DNA from: Vulcanimicrobiota bacterium
GTDB lineage: Bacteria; Vulcanimicrobiota; Vulcanimicrobiia; Vulcanimicrobiales; Vulcanimicrobiaceae
Length of the DNA: 64,000 nt
Direction of reading: 5' to 3'
Assembly (NCBI GenBank): GCA_963795855.1
Contig: CAWCIZ010000001.1
Coordinates: forward strand, 512,001 to 576,000
Shown here: one piece after another, positions 59,289 to 64,000 of the stretch
How positions within the stretch are numbered: position 1 is the stretch's first letter
Layout: every line of letters starts with the position of its first letter
Position numbers and translations under genes: made by a program
Notes under the pieces: model-generated
The model's database searches: none
What the model was told of the DNA's origin: nothing
Seen by the model: the letters and a program-made list of their open reading frames with translations, nothing else

Positions 59289-60028
59289 AGCTCGCGCTCA
59301 TCGGCGATCCGGTTTCGCACAGCCGCAGCCCGCGGATGCAGCGCGCGTTCATGGAAGAAGCGGGCATCGAAGACGGCAGTGACGTCGCGATTCGCGTGCC
59401 GAAAGGAAACGGCGTGGACGTCGTTCGGCGCATGCGGATGGACGGCTACACCGGCGTCAACGTCACGACGCCGCTCAAAGAAGAAGCGGTTCGCGCATGC
59501 GATGAAGTCACGCAGGAAGCGGAAGCGGTTCAGGCCGTCAACGTGATTTTCTTCGGGCGAAAGACGCTCGGTCACAACACCGACGGCATCGGCGCACGCG
59601 TGGCGCTCGAAACGATTCTAACGCAGCCGGTTGCGCTGGAACGCATCGGCGTTCTCGGCACCGGTCCGACGGCGCGCGCGATACTCGCGCAACTCGCCGA
59701 AACCGATGCGTACACGTACGTTTGGGGGCGCGATCGCGCGAAGGTCGAACAGATCTGCGAGCGGTTCGAAGCGAAACCGTGGCCGGACGATGGGCCGGAA
59801 ATCGTTATATCAACGCTTCCGTCGGGCGTTAAATTGCCGGCGCACCTGGTGCAGCAACTTCTCGCGGCCGATTGCGTCATGGATACGAATTACGGCGAGC
59901 GCGCGACGCTCGAGCGGCAAGTGCACCGCGAGATCGTGCAAGGGGATTTGATGCTGGAAGCGCAAGCGCGTGCGTCCTTCGATTTTTGGCTCGCGCACGC
60001 TCAGGCGCTGGTCGAGGAGCAGCTCTAG
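59285..60028 (+). CDS. aroE: shikimate dehydrogenase
   Basis: GDPVSHSRSP, NVTTPLK, AVN, NTDG, MLEAQA. Confidence 0.9.
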   Translation: MKLALIGDPVSHSRSPRMQRAFMEEAGIEDGSDVAIRVPKGNGVDVVRRMRMDGYTGVNVTTPLKEEAVRACDEVTQEAEAVQAVNVIFFGRKTLGHNTDGIGARVALETILTQPVALERIGVLGTGPTARAILAQLAETDAYTYVWGRDRAKVEQICERFEAKPWPDDGPEIVISTLPSGVKLPAHLVQQLLAADCVMDTNYGERATLERQVHREIVQGDLMLEAQARASFDFWLAHAQALVEEQL

Positions 60029-60813
60029 CCCGTTTTTGCGAGCCATCGCGCAACGTTGCGCGCGAAGTCTTTGAACATTTCGCTTGCGCCGCCGTCGTGA
60101 TCGCTCATGCTGCCGTCGGAGAAGTGATGCAGGCACGACGTCGCGACTGCGCGTCCGCACGTCCGTCCGTCGCTGCAGCGTTCGTCGTCGATCGCAATGG
60201 CGACGTTGGCAGCGGGTCCCGGTTCGCCGGCGGCCGATACCGCGATCACGCGCGCGAACGGCGCATACGGCGGCACGGAAATCGCCGTTTCGTGCGCGGC
60301 TGCGGGGAAGTACTCGATGACGCCGCTCGCCGAACGTTCCGTTCGCAGCAGTTCGTGAACCGGCTCGAGGGGGACGATGCGTTGATACTCGCCCTCGTCA
60401 TGGCGCAGGCGTTCAAGGACGGTCCGCAAGCCGCGACGGCGCAGTTGCCGGTTGTAACTGCGGAAGTGGTTCACCAGTCCGACGCTGCCGAGGTTCAGCA
60501 GCGAAACGCCGACGTTCTCGCGGTCCCGCGAGGTGAAGATGCCGCCGCCGGCTTCGCGGAATCTCAGGATGCCGCGCACGTCCGCGGGTGCGAGTCCGTT
60601 GCCGCGATCCGCGGCGAACAGCCAGAGTTCGTCAAAGTCGGAAGTATCGAGTGCCGATAGCACCGGATCGCTGCCGCCGGGTCCGGGCTCGCGGTTTCGC
60701 GCGACGACCGTGTGGCCTTCGGCGCGCAGCAGCGCGACCAGGGAGGAAAACCGGTCGATCTGCCATTCGCCGTCGCCTTCACGAAGCGTCGTCTGCACCA
60801 GGAGATTCGCCAT
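60025..60813 (-). CDS. conserved hypothetical protein
   Basis: Clean 262-aa ORF with typical codon usage; possibly a glutamine amidotransferase-like fold. Confidence 0.7.
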   Translation of the reverse strand: MANLLVQTTLREGDGEWQIDRFSSLVALLRAEGHTVVARNREPGPGGSDPVLSALDTSDFDELWLFAADRGNGLAPADVRGILRFREAGGGIFTSRDRENVGVSLLNLGSVGLVNHFRSYNRQLRRRGLRTVLERLRHDEGEYQRIVPLEPVHELLRTERSASGVIEYFPAAAHETAISVPPYAPFARVIAVSAAGEPGPAANVAIAIDDERCSDGRTCGRAVATSCLHHFSDGSMSDHDGGASEMFKDFARNVARWLAKTG

Positions 60814-60917
60814 GCACCAAGCCCTTTCGAACGTTACGGCTGCTCCGAACTGTTGTATGAACGTCAGTTTGCCGAGACGAGTTCGCGGACAAACGCCGGG
60901 CCGCTTAGCCGGCTATG

Positions 60918-60940
60918 AAAAAAAAGACCCGCGGGTCTTT
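60918..60940 (-). terminator. terminator after tRNA-Ser
   Basis: AAAGACCC-GC-GGGTCTTT with T tract on the minus strand. Confidence 0.7.
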
Positions 60941-60951
60941 CTTCATTCATT

Positions 60952-61039
60952 CGGAGAGGGGGAGATTCGAACTCCCGAGACGCTCAACACGTCTGCTCGC
61001 TTTCCAAGCGAGTGCATTCGACCACTCTGCCACCTCTCC
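60952..61039 (-). tRNA. tRNA-Ser(GGA)
   Basis: GGAGAGGTGGCAGAGTGGTCGAATGC...TTGGAAA...long variable arm...GTTCGAATCTCCCCCTCTCCG. Confidence 0.96.
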
Positions 61040-61043
61040 ACGG

Positions 61044-61865
61044 TCAGCCCGTCGATTGGACGGGGGTGGCGGAAATGCCTTGCGCGCCCTCGCGTCTTGC
61101 GAGAAGTGCTTCGAGTTCCGGCGCGGGCAGCGGGCGGCCGAAGTAATAGCCTTGGGCGAGTTGCGTGCCGCAGTCGCGCAAAAAATGCCATTGGGCATCG
61201 GTCTCCACGCCTTCGGCAATGACTTTGAGTCCGAGTGCGTGCGCCATCGCGATGATCGCGGAAACGATTGCGAGATCGTTCCCATCTTCCGGAATATCGC
61301 GCACGAACGACTTGTCGATCTTCAACACGTCGATTGGAAAGCGCTTAAGATAACTGAGCGATGAATAGCCGGTGCCGAAATCGTCGAGCGAAAGTCCGAT
61401 GCCGAGCGACTTCAGTTGGCGCATGACGCCGACGCTCTCTTCCGCGTTGTGCATCGCAATCGTTTCCGTAATCTCGAAATCCAGATCGGACGGATTGAAA
61501 CCGGTTGCGGCGATCGCCTCTTCCACCTGTTTCATCAAATTGAAGTGGAGAAATTGCCGGCCCGACAGATTCACCGCGAGGCGAAGACGCTTTTGAAAGA
61601 GCAGCTGCCAGCGCCGCACTTGCTCGGCGCCGGTACGCAGCGCCCACTGGCCCAGCTGAATGATGAACCCTGAAGTTTCCGCATGCGGAATGAACTGGTC
61701 GGGCATCGTGATCGAGTGGTCGCGCTGCGGCCACCGGCACAGCGCCTCGACGCCGACGATTTCGCCGTCGCTCAAATTCACGACCGGCTGATAATATAGC
61801 TCGAATTCCCCGTAGCTCAGCGCGTTCGCGAGGCGCTGATGCATCGGAACCAGGCGGTGACTCAC
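61044..61865 (-). CDS. stand-alone EAL domain c-di-GMP phosphodiesterase
   Basis: YQP, EALCRW, VNLS, EITE, DDFGTGYSSL, KIDKSF, EGVE, QGY. Confidence 0.95.
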   Translation of the reverse strand: MSHRLVPMHQRLANALSYGEFELYYQPVVNLSDGEIVGVEALCRWPQRDHSITMPDQFIPHAETSGFIIQLGQWALRTGAEQVRRWQLLFQKRLRLAVNLSGRQFLHFNLMKQVEEAIAATGFNPSDLDFEITETIAMHNAEESVGVMRQLKSLGIGLSLDDFGTGYSSLSYLKRFPIDVLKIDKSFVRDIPEDGNDLAIVSAIIAMAHALGLKVIAEGVETDAQWHFLRDCGTQLAQGYYFGRPLPAPELEALLARREGAQGISATPVQSTG

Positions 61866-61871
61866 AAGCGG

Positions 61872-62495
61872 TTACGTTGGATGTCCCGGGCCGGTCTGCC
61901 TACCAAGCGGTAGGAGGCTACTGTAAAAAGCGATGCGGGCTGCCTCCTCGGCAAGATCCGTGCTGAGAAAGGCCGCTTCGAGGGTCGGCCCGACCACCGA
62001 AACGCCGTGGCGTTCCATGAGCACCACGTCGCATCCGCGGCCGAACTGCTCGGCGGCCACCTGCGCGAGCTCGAGGGACCCGGGCGGCCTATACGGCGTC
62101 CACGCCACCTCGCCGAGCGTCTCGCGGGCGCCCACAGTGTCGCGTGCGAACACGCGTCCCAGCTTCGAGCAGACGACGCAGAACGTCGGATGCGTGTGAA
62201 TGACGGCGCGAACGTCGGGTCGGGCCCGGTACGCTGCAAGGTGTAGCGGCAGTTCGCTGCTAGGATGCTGCCCCAGCTCGCGCGCCGCGCCGTTCTCGGC
62301 GGTTCGAACGATGTCGTCCACCCCGAGCGCCCGCAGCGACATCATCGTCGGCGTGACGAGCACATCGCCATCCGCCAGACGAACGCTGACGTTGCCGCTG
62401 GAACCGGTTACGAGACGCCGCTGCCATAAAAGCGCGCTGTACTCGACGAGGGCCGCTCGCGCTTGCGGTTCGCTTAGATACCCGCCGGATGCCAA
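61872..62495 (-). CDS. class II aldolase/adducin family protein
   Basis: GNVS, PSSELPLH, HTHP, HG; start uncertain (TTG 62495). Confidence 0.88.
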   Translation of the reverse strand: MASGGYLSEPQARAALVEYSALLWQRRLVTGSSGNVSVRLADGDVLVTPTMMSLRALGVDDIVRTAENGAARELGQHPSSELPLHLAAYRARPDVRAVIHTHPTFCVVCSKLGRVFARDTVGARETLGEVAWTPYRPPGSLELAQVAAEQFGRGCDVVLMERHGVSVVGPTLEAAFLSTDLAEEAARIAFYSSLLPLGRQTGPGHPT

Positions 62496-63325
62496 ATCGT
62501 CTTGATTTCGCAGTACGCCGCAATGTCGTCCAAACTTTGCGCGGCCGCGGAGAACCAGTCGCGCTTCGAGCGCGCGGGCAGAACGCGCGTACGCTTCACG
62601 TTTTCCGCCGCGAAGGATTGCAATTCGGCGGTTTGCGGACCGTCGAGGAATGCGAGCGCATTCACATCCATGTGCTTGGCAAGCACGGGCGCGAGTTCGC
62701 TGCGCGTACCGGTGATGATGTTTGCTACGCCGGCCGGCAGATCGCTCGTAGCGAGCGCCTCCGCAAACACGATCGCGGTGCGCGGATCCGTTTGCGACGC
62801 GACCACCACGACGGCGTTGCCTGCAACGAGCGCAGGCAGCAGGACCGATACGAGAGCGAGCAACGACGGTTCGTCCGGGGCGAGCATGGCGACGACGCCC
62901 ATCGGCTCGGCGGTCGAGAAGTTGAAGTGCGGACCGGCGACGGGATTGCGCGTGGACAGCAATGCCGCGTACTTGTCGCACCACCCGGCGTACCACACGA
63001 CGCGATCGATCGCGGCGGCCACCTCGTCTTCGCTGCCGGTGCGCTCGACGAACTCCGCACGGCGGGCCTCCATCATCTCCGCCAATCGGTAGAGGACGAG
63101 ACCACGTGTGCCGGGCGCGGTTTTCCACCATTTCGATTGTGCGGTGCGCGCGGCTACGACGGCGTCGCGAACGTCTTTTCGCGAACCGCGCGCGATATTC
63201 GCTACGTACTCGCTGCCGTCCGAGATCGGATCGCTGCGCCCGGACTCCGAACGCACGAACGCGCCGTTGATGAAGAGCTTGTACATCTTACGAACCGCTA
63301 GGCGCGGCTGATCGGTTTTTCCCAC
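62474..63325 (-). CDS. short aldehyde dehydrogenase-family protein (NAD-binding-domain type)
   Basis: KMYKLFINGAFVRSESGR, EPMGVV, LPAGVANIITG, EIKTIWHP; about 283 aa. Confidence 0.85.
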   Translation of the reverse strand: MGKTDQPRLAVRKMYKLFINGAFVRSESGRSDPISDGSEYVANIARGSRKDVRDAVVAARTAQSKWWKTAPGTRGLVLYRLAEMMEARRAEFVERTGSEDEVAAAIDRVVWYAGWCDKYAALLSTRNPVAGPHFNFSTAEPMGVVAMLAPDEPSLLALVSVLLPALVAGNAVVVVASQTDPRTAIVFAEALATSDLPAGVANIITGTRSELAPVLAKHMDVNALAFLDGPQTAELQSFAAENVKRTRVLPARSKRDWFSAAAQSLDDIAAYCEIKTIWHPAGI

Positions 63326-63379
63326 GAAAATCGAGTCTACGACGCAAGAGGGCAGCGCCCCTGGGTTGAACCTCGCGCC

Positions 63380-64000
63380 ATGCCGGCCTCCATGCGCGTC
63401 GTCATCGCCGAACCGTTCGCCGAACTCGGTCAAGCGGTTTTTCACGAACACGGGATCGACGTCGTTTCGTGCGTCGGGCGTCCGCGCGCCGAACTGGTCG
63501 CAGCGCTGCACGACGCGGATGGACTCATCGTGCGTTCGGAAACGCGCGTCGATCGCGATCTGCTCGCGCATGCGCCGCGCATTCGCGTCGTCGGCCGCGC
63601 CGGCGTGGGCGTCGATGCCATCGACGTCGATGCGGCGACGGAAGCGGGAATCGTCGTCGTCAATACGCCTGCGGCGAACACGATTGCCGCGACGGAGCAC
63701 ACGTTCGCGCTGCTTTTCGCGCTGCTTCGCAACGTCGCTCCGGCAAACGCGTCGCTTCGCGACGGGCGGTGGGAGCGCACGCCGTTCATAGGAACCGAGG
63801 TGTACGGCAAGACGCTGGGGATCATCGGGCTCGGCCGAATCGGCGGCGGCGTAACGTCACGGGCCCGATCGTTCGGCATGGATGTCCTGGCGTACGATCC
63901 GTTCGTCCCGGACTCGCGCGCCGAAGCTCTGGGCGCAACGCTCGTCTCGTTCGATGAATTGCTCGAGCGTTCGGATATCGTAACGCTGCACGTGCCGCTC
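63380..64000 (+). CDS. serA: D-3-phosphoglycerate dehydrogenase (3'-truncated by window)
   Basis: LIVRSET, GRAGVGVD, NTP.ANT, GKTLGIIGLGRIG, YDP, TLHVPL. Confidence 0.92.
   Translation, partial: MPASMRVVIAEPFAELGQAVFHEHGIDVVSCVGRPRAELVAALHDADGLIVRSETRVDRDLLAHAPRIRVVGRAGVGVDAIDVDAATEAGIVVVNTPAANTIAATEHTFALLFALLRNVAPANASLRDGRWERTPFIGTEVYGKTLGIIGLGRIGGGVTSRARSFGMDVLAYDPFVPDSRAEALGATLVSFDELLERSDIVTLHVPL

Overview
GC-rich bacterial chromosome segment. TonB-dependent receptor and lipoproteins indicate a diderm, while gene order and SOS box are Terrabacteria-like; protein style tentatively suggests Vulcanimicrobiota/Eremiobacterota (inference only). The window contains rnpB with a greatly extended P12, four tRNAs, the yceD-rpmF-fabH-fabD-fabG-acpP and ffh-rpsP-khpA-rimM clusters separated by a 3 x 101-bp structured tandem repeat, and many metabolic and transport genes. 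An accessory block (about 37-53.5 kb) holds an HTH-TPR regulator, a TonB-dependent receptor and paralogous lipoproteins. A class II ribonucleotide reductase carries a LAGLIDADG intein and is preceded by NrdR boxes and a LexA-type box. The most novel-looking element is a four-gene unit at 2061-3620 (lytic transglycosylase plus three small unknown proteins) whose members share sequence motifs pairwise in a chain, which suggests an uncharacterised exported filament or envelope-spanning system. About a dozen single-base frameshifts are scattered across unrelated genes and are most likely read/assembly indels. All product calls come from motif recognition; no database search was run.
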